Source: Auanema rhodensis (taxonomy: Eukaryota > Animalia > Nematoda). From it: a stretch of 64,000 nucleotides of DNA. Below the pieces are notes generated by a model that made no database searches, was not told the DNA's origin, and was given only the letters and a program-made list of their open reading frames with translations. This document shows, piece after piece, positions 11,938-27,300 of this stretch. The position numbers and the translations under genes were made by a program. Position 1 is the first letter of the stretch; each line of letters opens with the position of its first letter. Location: positions 18,600,001-18,664,000 of the forward strand of contig OZ059894.1 of the NCBI GenBank assembly GCA_964057225.1, read 5' to 3'.

Positions 11938-12356
11938 ATATCTCGGTGCATTTTTAAGCTAGCGCAAATCTGATAACACAGATCGATGCAGCTTAAAAAT
12001 CCGCATCGAATGCACTATACTACATTGAGAAACGCTTAATACAAAAATTAGTTATGATCGTTTGAAACATGATGCATTGCTTCAACATTGCTTCCAAAAA
12101 CATTTTGACAAAAATTTTTTCGAAAAATTTCAAAATAATTTAGCAAAAAGTAGATGTTTTTGATGCATTGCTTCAACATTGCTTCCAAAAACATTTTGAC
12201 AAAAATTTTTTCGAAACATTTCAAAATAATTTAGCAAAAAGTAGATGTTTTTAGATTCCTTTTTTCAAGGCAAAGACGATGGACAATGTTATTCAACGAA
12301 AAAATTAATTCTTCAGGGTGAAAATCGAGGATATAAGTGTGAACTTATATCAGTTG

Positions 12357-15300
12357 ATATCTCGGTGCATTTTTAAGCTAGCGCAAATCTGATAACACAG
12401 ATCGACGCAGCTTAAAAATCCGCATCGAATGCACTATACTACATTGAGAGACGCTTAAAACAAAAATTAGTTATGATCGTTTGAAAAATGATGCATTAGT
12501 GTATGTTGAGTTTCCATGTACACTCAACATTGCTTCCAAAAACATTTTGACAAAAATTTTTTCGAAAAATTTCAAAATAATTTAGCAAAAAGTAGATGTT
12601 TTTAGATTTCTTTTTTCAAGGCAAAGACGATGGACAATGTTATTCAACGAAAAAAATAATTCTTCAGGGTGAAAATCGAGGATATAAGTGTGAACTTATA
12701 TCAGTTGATATCTCGGTGCATTTTCAAGCTAGCGCAAATCTGATAACACAGATCGACGCAGCTTAAAAATCCGCATCGAAAGCACTATACTATATTGAGA
12801 AACGCTTAATACAAAAATTAGTTATGATCGTTTGAAAAATGATGCATTAGTGTATGTTGAGTTTCCATGTACACTCAACATTGCTTCCAAAAACATTTTG
12901 ACAAAAATTTTTTCGAAAAATTTCAAAATAATTTAGCAAAAAGTAGATGTTTTTAGATTCCTTTTTTCAAGGCAAAGACGATGGACAATGTTATTCAACG
13001 AAAAAATTAATTCTTCAGGGTGAAAATCGAGGATAGAAGTGTGAACTTATATCAGTTGATATCTCGGTGCATTTTTAAGCTAGCGCAAATCTGATAACAC
13101 AGATCGACGCAGCTTAAAAATCCGCATCGAATGCACTATACTACATTGAGAAACGCTTAATACAAAAATTAGTTATGATCTTTGAAAAATGATGCATTAG
13201 TGTATGTTGAGTTTCCATGTACACTCAACATTGCTTCCAAAAACATTTTGACAAAAATTTTTTCGAAAAATTTCAAAATAATTTAGCAAAAAGTAGATGT
13301 TTTTAGATTCCTTTTTTCAAGGCAAAGACGATGGACAATGTTATTCAACGAAAAAATTAATTCTTCAGGGTGAAAATCGAGGATATAAGTGTGAACTTAT
13401 ATCAGTTGATATCTCGGTGCATTTTTAAGCTAGCGCAAATCTGTTAACACAGATCAACGCAGCTTAAAAATCCGCATTGAATGCACTATACTACATTGAA
13501 AAACGCTTAATACAAAAATTAGTTATGATCGTTTGAAAAATGATGCATTAGTGTATGTTGAGTTTCCATGTACACTCAACATTGCTTCCAAAAACATTTT
13601 GACAAAACTTTTTTCGAAAAATTTCAAAATAATTTAGCAAAAAGTAGATGTTTTTAGATTCCTTTTTTCAAGGCAAAGACGATGGACAATGTTATTCAAC
13701 GAAAAAATTAATTCTTCAGGGTGAAAATCGAGGATAGAAGTGTGAACTTATATCAGTTGATATCTCGGTGCATTTTTAAGCTAGCGCAAATCTATAACAC
13801 AGATCGACGCAGCTTAAAAATCCGCATCGAATGCACTATACTACATTGAGAAACGCTTAATACAAAAATTAGTTATGATCGTTTGAAAAATGATGCATTA
13901 GTGTATGTTGAGTTTCCATGTACACTCAACATTGCTTCCAAAAACATTTTGACAAAAATTTTTTCGAAAAATTTCAAAATAATTTAGCAAAAAGTAGATG
14001 TTTTTAGATTCCTTTTTTCAAGGCAAAGACGATGGACAATGTTATTCAACGAAAAAATTAATTCTTCAGGGTGAAAATCGAGGATATAAGTGTGAACTTA
14101 TATCAGTTGATATCTCGGTGCATTTTTAAGCTAGCGCAAATCTGTTAACACAGATCAACGCAGCTTAAAAATCCGCATTGAATGCACTATACTACATTGA
14201 AAAACGCTTAATACAAAAATTAGTTATGATCGTTTGAAAAATGATGCATTAGTGTATGTTGAGTTTCCATGTACACTCAACATTGCTTCCAAAAACATTT
14301 TGACAAAAATTTTTTCGAAAAATTTCAAAATAATTTAGCAAAAAGTAGATGTTTTTAGATTCCTTTTTTCAAGGCAAAGACGATGGACAATGTTATTCAA
14401 CGAAAAAATTAATTCTTCAGGGTGAAAATCGAGGATATAAGTGTGAACTTATATCAGTTGATAGCTCGGTGCATTTTTAAGCTAGCGCAAATCTGTTAAC
14501 ACAGATCAACGCAGCTTAAAAATCCGCATTGAATGCACTATACTACATTGAAAAACGCTTAATACAAAAATTAGTTATGATCGTTTGAAAAATGATGCAT
14601 TAGTGTATGTTGAGTTTCCATGTACACTCAACATTGCTTCCAAAAACATTTTGACAAAACTTTTTTCGAAAAATTTCAAAATAATTTAGCAAAAAGTAGA
14701 TGTTTTTAGATTCCTTTTTACAAGGCAAAGACGATGGACAATGTTATTCAACGAAAAAATTAATTCTTCAGGGTGAAAATCGAGGATAGAAGTGTGAACT
14801 TATATCAGTTGATATCTCGGTGCATTTTTAAGCTAGCGCAAATCTGATAACACAGATCGACGCAGCTTAAAAATCCGCATCGAATGCACTATACTACATT
14901 GAGAAACGCTTAATACAAAAATTAGTTATGATCGTTTGAAAAATGATGCATTAGTGTATGTTGAGTTTCCATGTACACTCAACATTGCTTCCAAAAACAT
15001 TTTGACAAAAATTTTTTCCAAAAATTTCAAAATAATTTAGCAAAAAGTAGATGTTTTTAGATTCCTTTTTTCAAGGCAAAGACGATGGACAATGTTATTC
15101 AACGAAAAAATTAATTCTTCAGGGTGAAAATCGAGGATATAAGTGTGAACTTATATCAGTTGATATCTCGGTGCATTTTTAAGCTAGCGCAAATCTGATA
15201 ACACAGATCGACGCAGCTTAAAAATCCGCATCGAATGCACTATACTACATTGAGAAACGCTTAATACAAAAATTAGTTATGATCGTTTGAAAAATGATGC

Positions 15301-18300
15301 ATTAGTGTATGTTGAGTTTCCATGTACACTCAACATTGCTTCCAAAAACATTTTGACAAAACTTTTTTCGAAAAATTTCAAAATAATTTAGCAAAAAGTA
15401 GATGTTTTTAGATTCCTTTTTTCGAGGCAAAGACGATGGACAATGTTATTCAACGAAAAAATTAATTCTTCAGGGTGAAAATCGAGGATATAAGTGTAAA
15501 CTTATATCAGTTGATATCTCGGTGCATTTTTAAGCTAGCGCAAATCTGATAACACAGATCGACGCAGCTTAAAAATCCGCATCGAATGCACTATACTACA
15601 TTGAGAAACGCTTAATACAAAAATTAGTTATGATCGTTTGAAAAATGATGCATTAGTGTATGTTGTGTTTCCATGTACACTCAACATTGCTTCCAAAAAC
15701 ATTTTGACAAAAATTTTTTCGAAAAATTTCAAAATAATTTAGCAAAAAGTAGATGTTTTTAGATTCCTTTTTTTAAGGCAAAGACGATGGACAATGTTAT
15801 TCAACGAAAAAATTAATTCTTCAGGGTGAAAATCGAGGATATAAGTGTGAACTTATATCAGTTGATATCTCGGTGCATTTTTAAGCTAGCGCAAATCTGA
15901 TAACACAGATCGACGCAGCTTAAAAATCCGCATCGAATGCACTATACTATATTGAGAAACGCTTAATACAAAAATTAGTTATGATCGTTTGAAAAATGAT
16001 GCATTAGTGTATGTTGAGTTTCCATGTACACTCAACATTGCTTCCAAAAACATTTTGACAAAAATTTTTTCGAAAAATTTCAAAATAATTTAGCAAAAAG
16101 TAGATGTTTTTAGATTCCTTTTTTCAAGGCAAAGACGATGGACAATGTTATTCAACGAAAAAATTAATTCTTCAGGGTGAAAATCGAGGATATATGTGTG
16201 AACTTATATCAGTTGATATCTCGGTGTATTTTTAAGCTAGCGCAAATCTGTTATAACAGATCAACGCAGCTTAAAAATCCGCATCGAATGCACTATACTA
16301 CATTGAGAGACGCTTAAAACAAAAATTAGTTATGATCGTTTGAAAAATGATGCATTAGTGTATGTTGAGTTTCCATGTACACTCAACATTGCTTCCAAAA
16401 ACATTTTGACAAAATTTTTTTCGAAAAATTTCAAAATAATTTAGCAAAAAGTAGATGTTTTTAGATTCCTTTTTTCGAGGCAAAGACGATGGACAATGTT
16501 ATTCAACGAAAAAATTAATTCTTCAGGGTGAAAATCGAGGATATAAGTGTGAACTTATATCAGTTGATATCTCGGTGTATTTTTAAGCTAGCGCAAATCT
16601 GATAACACAGATCGACGCAGCTTAAAAATCCGCATCGAATGCACTATACTACATTGAAAAACGCTTAATACAAAAATTAGTTATGATCGTTTGAAAAATG
16701 ATGCATTAGTGTATGTTGAGTTTCCATGTACACTCAACATTGCTTCCAAAAACATTTTGACAAAAATTTTTTCGAAAAATTTCAAAATAATTTAGCAAAA
16801 AGTAGATGTTTTTAGATTCCTTTTTTTAAGGCAAAGACGATGGACAATGTTATTCAACGAAAAAATTAATTCTTCAGGGTGAAAATCGAGGATATAAGTG
16901 TGAACTTATATCAGTTGATATCTCGGTGCATTTTTAAGCTAGCGCAAATCTGATAACACAGATCGACGCAGCTTAAAAATCCGCATCGAATGCACTATAC
17001 TATATTGAGAAACGCTTAATACAAAAATTAGTTATGATCGTTTGAAAAATGATGCATTAGTGTATGTTGAGTTTCCATGTACACTCAACATTGCTTCCAA
17101 AAACATTTTGACAAAAATTTTTTCGAAAAATTTCAAAATAATTTAGCAAAAAGTAGATGTTTTTAGATTCCTTTTTTCAAGGCAAAGACGATGGACAATG
17201 TTATTCAACGAAAAAATTAATTCTTCAGGGTGAAAATCGAGGATATATGTGTGAACTTATATCAGTTGATATCTCGGTGTATTTTTAAGCTAGCGCAAAT
17301 CTGTTATAACAGATCAACGCAGCTTAAAAATCCGCATCGAATGCACTATACTACATTGAGAGACGCTTAAAACAAAAATTAGTTATGATCGTTTGAAAAA
17401 TGATGCATTAGTGTATGTTGAGTTTCCATGTACACTCAACATTGCTTCCAAAAACATTTTGACAAAATTTTTTTCGAAAAATTTCAAAATAATTTAGCAA
17501 AAAGTAGATGTTTTTAGATTCCTTTTTTCAAGGCAAAGACGATGGACAATGTTATTCAACGAAAAAATTAATTCTTCAGGGTGAAAATCGAGGATATATG
17601 TGTGAACTTATATCAGTTGATATCTCGGTGTATTTTTAAGCTAGCGCAAATCTGTTATAACAGATCAACGCAGCTTAAAAATCCGCATCGAATGCACTAT
17701 ACTACATTGAAAAACGCTTAATACAAAAATTAGTTATGATCGTTTGAAAAATGATGCATTAGTGTATGTTGAGTTTCCATGTACACTCAACATTGCTTCC
17801 AAAAACATTTTGACAAAACTTTTTTCGAAAAATTTCAAAATAATTTAGCAAAAAGTAGATGTTTTTAGATTCCTTTTTTCAAGGCAAAGACGATGGACAA
17901 TGTTATTCAACGAAAAAATTAATTCTTCAGGGTGAAAATCGAGGATAGAAGTGTGAACTTATATCAGTTGATATCTCGGTGCATTTTTAAGCTAGCGCAA
18001 ATCTGATAACACAGATCGACGCAGCTTAAAAATCCGCATCGAATGCACTATACTACATTGAGAAACGCTTAATACAAAAATTAGTTATGATCGTTTGAAA
18101 AATGATGCATTAGTGTATGTTGAGTTTCCATGTACACTCAACATTGCTTCCAAAAACATTTTGACAAAAATTTTTTCGAAAAATTTCAAAATAATTTAGC
18201 AAAAAGTAGATGTTTTTAGATTCCTTTTTTCAAGGCAAAGACGATGGACAATGTTATTCAACGAAAAAATTAATTCTTCAGGGTGAAAATCGAGGATATA

Positions 18301-21300
18301 AGTGTGAACTTATATCAGTTGATATCTCGGTGCATTTTTAAGCTAGCGCAAATCTGATAACACAGATCGACGCAGCTTAAAAATCCGCATCGAATGCACT
18401 ATACTACATTGAGAAACGCTTAATACAAAAATTAGTTATGATCGTTTGAAAAATGATGCATTAGTGTATGTTGAGTTTCCATGTACACTCAACATTGCTT
18501 CCAAAAACATTTTGACAAAACTTTTTTCGAAAAATTTCAAAATAATTTAGCAAAAAGTAGATGTTTTTAGATTCCTTTTTTCAAGGCAAAGACGATGGAC
18601 AATGTTATTCAACGAAAAAATTAATTCTTCAGGGTGAAAATCGAGGATATAAGTGTGAACTTATATCAGTTGATATCTCGGTGCATTTTTAAGCTAGCGC
18701 AAATCTGATAACACAGATCGACGCAGCTTAAAAATCCGCATCGAATGCACTATACTACATTGAGAAACGCTTAATACAAAAATTAGTTATGATCGTTTGA
18801 AAAATGATGCATTAGTGTATGTTGAGTTTCCATGTACACTCAACATTGCTTCCAAAAACATTTTGACAAAACTTTTTTCGAAAAATTTCAAAATAATTTA
18901 GCAAAAAGTAGATGTTTTTAGATTCCTTTTTTCGAGGCAAAGACGATGGACAATGTTATTCAACGAAAAAATTAATTCTTCAGGGTGAAAATCGAGGATA
19001 TAAGTGTGAACTTATATCAGTTGATATCTCGGTGCATTTTCAAGCTAGCGCAAATCTGATAACACAGATCGACGCAGCTTAAAAATCCGCATCGAATGCA
19101 CTATACTACATTGAGAAAAGCTTAATACAAAAATTAGTTATGATCGTTTGAAAAATGATGCATTAGTGTATGTTGTGTTTCCATGTACACTCAACATTGC
19201 TTCCAAAAACATTTTGACAAAAATTTTTTCGAAAAATTTCAAAATAATTTAGCAAAAAGTAGATGTTTTTAGATTCCTTTTTTTAAGGCAAAGACGATGG
19301 ACAATGTTATTCAACGAAAAAATTAATTCTTCAGGGTGAAAATCGAGGATATAAGTGTGAACTTATATCAGTTGATATCTCGGTGCATTTTTAAGCTAGC
19401 GCAAATCTGATAACACAGATCGACGCAGCTTAAAAATCCGCATCGAATGCACTATACTATATTGAGAAACGCTTAATACAAAAATTAGTTATGATCGTTT
19501 GAAAAATGATGCATTAGTGTATGTTGAGTTTCCATGTACACTCAACATTGCTTCCAAAAACATTTTGACAAAAATTTTTTCGAAAAATTTCAAAATAATT
19601 TAGCAAAAAGTAGATGTTTTTAGATTCCTTTTTTCAAGGCAAAGACGATGGACAATGTTATTCAACGAAAAAATTAATTCTTCAGGGTGAAAATCGAGGA
19701 TATATGTGTGAACTTATATCAGTTGATATCTCGGTGTATTTTTAAGCTAGCGCAAATCTGTTATAACAGATCAACGCAGCTTAAAAATCCGCATCGAATG
19801 CACTATACTACATTGAGAGACGCTTAAAACAAAAATTAGTTATGATCGTTTGAAAAATGATGCATTAGTGTATGTTGAGTTTCCATGTACACTCAACATT
19901 GCTTCCAAAAACATTTTGACAAAAATTTTTTCGAAAAATTTCAAAATAATTTAGCAAAAAGTAGATGTTTTTAGATTCCTTTTTTCAAGGCAAAGACGAT
20001 GGACAATGTTATTCAACGAAAAAATTAATTCTTCAGGGTGAAAATCGAGGATATAAGTGTGAACTTATATCAGTTGATATCTCGGTGCATTTTTAAGCTA
20101 GCGCAAATCTGATAACACAGATCGACGCAGCTTAAAAATCCGCATCGAATGCACTATACTATATTGAGAAACGCTTAATACAAAAATTAGTTATGATCGT
20201 TTGAAAAATGATGCATTAGTGTATGTTGAGTTTCCATGTACACTCAACATTGCTTCCAAAAACATTTTGACAAAACTTTTTTCGAAAAATTTCAAAATAA
20301 TTTAGCAAAAAGTAGATGTTTTTAGATTCCTTTTTTCGAGGCAAAGACGATGGACAATGTTATTCAACGAAAAAATTAATTCTTCAGGGTGAAAATCGAG
20401 GATATAAGTGTGAACTTATATCAGTTGATATCTCGGTGCATTTTCAAGCTAGCGCAAATCTGATAACACAGATCGACGCAGCTTAAAAATCCGCATCGAA
20501 TGCACTATACTACATTGAGAAACGCTTAATACAAAAATTAGTTATGATCGTTTGAAAAATGATGCATTAGTGTATGTTGTGTTTCCATGTACACTCAACA
20601 TTGCTTCCAAAAACATTTTGACAAAAATTTTTTCGAAAAATTTCAAAATAATTTAGCAAAAAGTAGATGTTTTTAGATTCCTTTTTTTAAGGCAAAGACG
20701 ATGGACAATGTTATTCAACGAAAAAATTAATTCTTCAGGGTGAAAATCGAGGATATAAGTGTGAACTTATATCAGTTGATATCTCGGTGCATTTTTAAGC
20801 TAGCGCAAATCTGATAACACAGATCGACGCAGCTTAAAAATCCGCATCGAATGCACTATACTATATTGAGAAACGCTTAAAACAAAAATTAGTTATGATC
20901 GTTTGAAAAATGATGCATTAGTGTATGTTGAGTTTCCATGTACACTCAACATTGCTTCCAAAAACATTTTGACAAAAATTTTTTCGAAAAATTTCAAAAT
21001 AATTTAGCAAAAAGTAGATGTTTTTAGATTCCTTTTTTCAAGGCAAAGACGATGGACAATGTTATTCAACGAAAAAAATAATTCTTCAGGGTGAAAATCG
21101 AGGATATAAGTGTGAACTTATATCAGTTGATATCTCGGTGCATTTTCAAGCTAGCGCAAATCTGATAACACAGATCGACGCAGCTTAAAAATCCGCATCG
21201 AAAGCACTATACTATATTGAGAAACGCTTAATACAAAAATTAGTTATGATCGTTTGAAAAATGATGCATTAGTGTATGTTGAGTTTCCATGTACACTCAA

Positions 21301-24300
21301 CATTGCTTCCAAAAACATTTTGACAAAAATTTTTTCGAAAAATTTCAAAATAATTTAGCAAAAAGTAGATGTTTTTAGATTCCTTTTTTCAAGGCAAAGA
21401 CGATGGACAATGTTATTCAACGAAAAAATTAATTCTTCAGGGTGAAAATCGAGGATATAAGTGTGAACTTATATCAGTTGATATCTCGGTGCATTTTTAA
21501 GCTAGCGCAAATCTGATAACACAGATCGACGCAGCTTAAAAATCCGCATCGAATGCACTATACTATATTGAGAAACGCTTAATACAAAAATTAGTTATGA
21601 TCGTTTGAAAAATGATGCATTAGTGTATGTTGAGTTTCCATGTACACTCAACATTGCTTCCAAAAACATTTTGACAAAAATTTTTTCGAAAAATTTCAAA
21701 ATAATTTAGCAAAAAGTAGATGTTTTTAGATTCCTTTTTTCAAGGCAAAGACGATGGACAATGTTATTCAACGAAAAAATTAATTCTTCAGGGTGAAAAT
21801 CGAGGATATATGTGTGAACTTATATCAGTTGATATCTCGGTGCATTTTCAAGCTAGCGCAAATCTGATAACACAGATCGACGCAGCTTAAAAATCCGCAT
21901 CGAATGCACTATACTACATTGAGAAACGCTTAAAACAAAAATTAGTTATGATCGTTTGAAAAATGATGCATTAGTGTATGTTGAGTTTCCATGTACACTC
22001 AACATTGCTTCCAAAAACATTTTGACAAAAATTTTTTCGAAAAATTTCAAGATAATTTAGCAAAAAGTAGATGTTTTTAGATTCCTTTTTTCAAGGCAAA
22101 GACGATGGACAATGTTATTCCACGAAAAAAGTAATTCTTCAGGGTGAAAATCGAGGATATAAGTGTAAACTTATATCAGTTGATATCTCGGTGCATTTTT
22201 AAGCTAGCGCAAATCTGATAACACAGATCGACGCAGCTTAAAAATCCGCATCGAATGCACTATACTACATTGAGAAACGCTTAAAACAAAAATTAGTTAT
22301 GATCGTTTGAAAAATGATGCATTAGTGTATGTTGAGTTTCCATGTACACTCAACATTGCTTCCAAAAACATTTTGACAAAAATTTTTTCGAAAAATTTCA
22401 AGATAATTTAGCAAAAAGTAGATGTTTTTAGATTCCTTTTTTCAAGGCAAAGACGATGGACAATGTTATTCAACGAAAAAATTAATTCTTCAGGGTGAAA
22501 ATCGAGGATATAAGTGTGAACTTATATCAGTTGATATCTCGGTGCATTTTTAAGCTAGCGCAAATCTGATAACACAGATCGACGCAGCTTAAAAATCCGC
22601 ATCGAATGCACTATACTATATTGAGAAACGCTTAATACAAAAATTAGTTATGATCGTTTGAAAAATGATGCATTAGTGTATGTTGAGTTTCCATGTACAC
22701 TCAACATTGCTTCCAAAAACATTTTGACAAAAATTTTTTCGAAAAATTTCAAAATAATTTAGCAAAAAGTAGATGTTTTTAGATTCCTTTTTTCAAGGCA
22801 AAGACGATGGACAATGTTATTCAACGAAAAAATTAATTCTTCAGGGTGAAAATCGAGGATATATGTGTGAACTTATATCAGTTGATATCTCGGTGTATTT
22901 TTAAGCTAGCGCAAATCTGTTATAACAGATCAACGCAGCTTAAAAATCCGCATCGAATGCACTATACTACATTGAGAGACGCTTAAAACAAAAATTAGTT
23001 ATGATCGTTTGAAAAATGATGCATTAGTGTATGTTGAGTTTCCATGTACACTCAACATTGCTTCCAAAAACATTTTGACAAAAATTTTTTCGAAAAATTT
23101 CAAAATAATTTAGCAAAAAGTAGATGTTTTTAGATTCCTTTTTTCAAGGCAAAGACGATGGACAATGTTATTCAACGAAAAAATTAATTCTTCAGGGTGA
23201 AAATCGAGGATATATGTGTGAACTTATATCAGTTGATATCTCGGTGTATTTTTAAGCTAGCGCAAATCTGTTATAACAGATCAACGCAGCTTAAAAATCC
23301 GCATCGAATGCACTATACTACATTGAGAGACGCTTAAAACAAAAATTAGTTATGATCGTTTGAAAAATGATGCATTAGTGTATGTTGAGTTTCCATGTAC
23401 ACTCAACATTGCTTCCAAAAACATTTTGACAAAAATTTTTTCGAAAAATTTCAAAATAATTTAGCAAAAAGTAGATGTTTTTAGATTCCTTTTTTCAAGG
23501 CAAAGACGATGGACAATGTTATTCAACGAAAAAAATAATTCTTCAGGGTGAAAATCGAGGATATAAGTGTGAACTTATATCAGTTGATATCTCGGTGCAT
23601 TTTCAAGCTAGCGCAAATCTGATAACACAGATCGACGCAGCTTAAAAATCCGCATCGAAAGCACTATACTATATTGAGAAACGCTTAATACAAAAATTAG
23701 TTATGATCGTTTGAAAAATGATGCATTAGTGTATGTTGAGTTTCCATGTACACTCAACATTGCTTCCAAAAACATTTTGACAAAAATTTTTTCGAAAAAT
23801 TTCAAAATAATTTAGCAAAAAGTAGATGTTTTTAGATTCCTTTTTTCAAGGCAAAGACGATGGACAATGTTATTCAACGAAAAAATTAATTCTTCAGGGT
23901 GAAAATCGAGGATATAAGTGTGAACTTATATCAGTTGATATCTCGGTGCATTTTTAAGCTAGCGCAAATCTGATAACACAGATCGACGCAGCTTAAAAAT
24001 CCGCATCGAATGCACTATACTATATTGAGAAACGCTTAATACAAAAATTAGTTATGATCGTTTGAAAAATGATGCATTAGTGTATGTTGAGTTTCCATGT
24101 ACACTCAACATTGCTTCCAAAAACATTTTGACAAAAATTTTTTCGAAAAATTTCAAAATAATTTAGCAAAAAGTAGATGTTTTTAGATTCCTTTTTTCAA
24201 GGCAAAGACGATGGACAATGTTATTCAACGAAAAAATTAATTCTTCAGGGTGAAAATCGAGGATATAAGTGTGAACTTATATCAGTTGATAGCTCGGTGC

Positions 24301-27300
24301 ATTTTTAAGCTAGCGCAAATCTGTTAACACAGATCAACGCAGCTTAAAAATCCGCATTGAATGCACTATACTACATTGAAAAACGCTTAATACAAAAATT
24401 AGTTATGATCGTTTGAAAAATGATGCATTAGTGTATGTTGAGTTTCCATGTACACTCAACATTGCTTCCAAAAACATTTTGACAAAACTTTTTTCGAAAA
24501 ATTTCAAAATAATTTAGCAAAAAGTAGATGTTTTTAGATTCCTTTTTACAAGGCAAAGACGATGGACAATGTTATTCAACGAAAAAATTAATTCTTCAGG
24601 GTGAAAATCGAGGATAGAAGTGTGAACTTATATCAGTTGATATCTCGGTGCATTTTTAAGCTAGCGCAAATCTGATAACACAGATCGACGCAGCTTAAAA
24701 ATCCGCATCGAATGCACTATACTACATTGAGAAACGCTTAATACAAAAATTAGTTATGATCGTTTGAAAAATGATGCATTAGTGTATGTTGAGTTTCCAT
24801 GTACACTCAACATTGCTTCCAAAAACATTTTGACAAAAATTTTTTCGAAAAATTTCAAAATAATTTAGCAAAAAGTAGATGTTTTTAGATTCCTTTTTTC
24901 AAGGCAAAGACGATGGACAATGTTATTCAACGAAAAAATTAATTCTTCAGGGTGAAAATCGAGGATATAAGTGTGAACTTATATCAGTTGATATCTCGGT
25001 GCATTTTTAAGCTAGCGCAAATCTGATAACACAGATCGACGCAGCTTAAAAATCCGCATCGAATGCACTATACTACATTGAGAAACGCTTAATACAAAAA
25101 TTAGTTATGATCGTTTGAAAAATGATGCATTAGTGTATGTTGAGTTTCCATGTACACTCAACATTGCTTCCAAAAACATTTTGACAAAAATTTTTTCGAA
25201 AAATTTCAAGATAATTTAGCAAAAAGTAGATGTTTTTAGATTCCTTTTTTCAAGGCAAAGACGATGGACAATGTTATTCAACGAAAAAATTAATTCTTCA
25301 GGGTGAAAATCGAGGATATAAGTGTGAACTTATATCAGTTGATATCTCGGTGCATTTTTAAGCTAGCGCAAATCTGATAACACAGATCGACGCAGCTTAA
25401 AAATCCGCATCGAATGCACTATACTATATTGAGAAACGCTTAATACAAAAATTAGTTATGATCGTTTGAAAAATGATGCATTAGTGTATGTTGAGTTTCC
25501 ATGTACACTCAACATTGCTTCCAAAAACATTTTGACAAAAATTTTTTCGAAAAATTTCAAAATAATTTAGCAAAAAGTAGATGTTTTTAGATTCCTTTTT
25601 TCAAGGCAAAGACGATGGACAATGTTATTCAACGAAAAAATTAATTCTTCAGGGTGAAAATCGAGGATATATGTGTGAACTTATATCAGTTGATATCTCG
25701 GTGTATTTTTAAGCTAGCGCAAATCTGTTATAACAGATCAACGCAGCTTAAAAATCCGCATCGAATGCACTATACTACATTGAGAGACGCTTAAAACAAA
25801 AATTAGTTATGATCGTTTGAAAAATGATGCATTAGTGTATGTTGAGTTTCCATGTACACTCAACATTGCTTCCAAAAACATTTTGACAAAAATTTTTTCG
25901 AAAAATTTCAAAATAATTTAGCAAAAAGTAGATGTTTTTAGATTCCTTTTTTCAAGGCAAAGACGATGGACAATGTTATTCAACGAAAAAAATAATTCTT
26001 CAGGGTGAAAATCGAGGATATAAGTGTGAACTTATATCAGTTGATATCTCGGTGCATTTTCAAGCTAGCGCAAATCTGATAACACAGATCGACGCAGCTT
26101 AAAAATCCGCATCGAAAGCACTATACTATATTGAGAAACGCTTAATACAAAAATTAGTTATGATCGTTTGAAAAATGATGCATTAGTGTATGTTGAGTTT
26201 CCATGTACACTCAACATTGCTTCCAAAAACATTTTGACAAAAATTTTTTCGAAAAATTTCAAAATAATTTAGCAAAAAGTAGATGTTTTTAGATTCCTTT
26301 TTTCAAGGCAAAGACGATGGACAATGTTATTCAACGAAAAAATTAATTCTTCAGGGTGAAAATCGAGGATAGAAGTGTGAACTTATATCAGTTGATATCT
26401 CGGTGCATTTTTAAGCTAGCGCAAATCTGATAACACAGATCGACGCAGCTTAAAAATCCGCATCGAATGCACTATACTACATTGAGAAACGCTTAATACA
26501 AAAATTAGTTATGATCGTTTGAAAAATGATGCATTAGTGTATGTTGAGTTTCCATGTACACTCAACATTGCTTCCAAAAACATTTTGACAAAAATTTTTT
26601 CGAAAAATTTCAAAATAATTTAGCAAAAAGTAGATGTTTTTAGATTCCTTTTTTCAAGGCAAAGACGATGGACAATGTTATTCAACGAAAAAAATAATTC
26701 TTCAGGGTGAAAATCGAGGATATAAGTGTGAACTTATATCAGTTGATATCTCGGTGCATTTTTAAGCTAGCGCAAATCTGATAACACAGATCGACGCAGC
26801 TTAAAAATCCGCATCGAATGCACTATACTATATTGAGAAACGCTTAATACAAAAATTAGTTATGATCGTTTGAAAAATGATGCATTAGTGTATGTTGAGT
26901 TTCCATGTACACTCAACATTGCTTCCAAAAACATTTTGACAAAAATTTTTTCGAAAAATTTCAAAATAATTTAGCAAAAAGTAGATGTTTTTAGATTCCT
27001 TTTTTCAAGGCAAAGACGATGGACAATGTTATTCAACGAAAAAATTAATTCTTCAGGGTGAAAATCGAGGATATATGTGTGAACTTATATCAGTTGATAT
27101 CTCGGTGTATTTTTAAGCTAGCGCAAATCTGTTATAACAGATCAACGCAGCTTAAAAATCCGCATCGAATGCACTATACTACATTGAGAGACGCTTAAAA
27201 CAAAAATTAGTTATGATCGTTTGAAAAATGATGCATTAGTGTATGTTGAGTTTCCATGTACACTCAACATTGCTTCCAAAAACATTTTGACAAAAATTTT

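Larger units (their letters stand above)
1..12356. repeat. Domain A: length-heterogeneous sub-array (328/329, 351/352 and 419-bp monomers)
   Basis: 328/329-bp units start at 352, 681, 5008, 6039, 7137, 8167, 8496, 9526 and 10908; 419-bp units at 1009, 3184, 6367 and 11938. Markers CGCTCAAAAC, GAAACATGATG, AGTTTCCTT and the extra T in CC(T7)C were seen only here. Confidence 0.93.
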
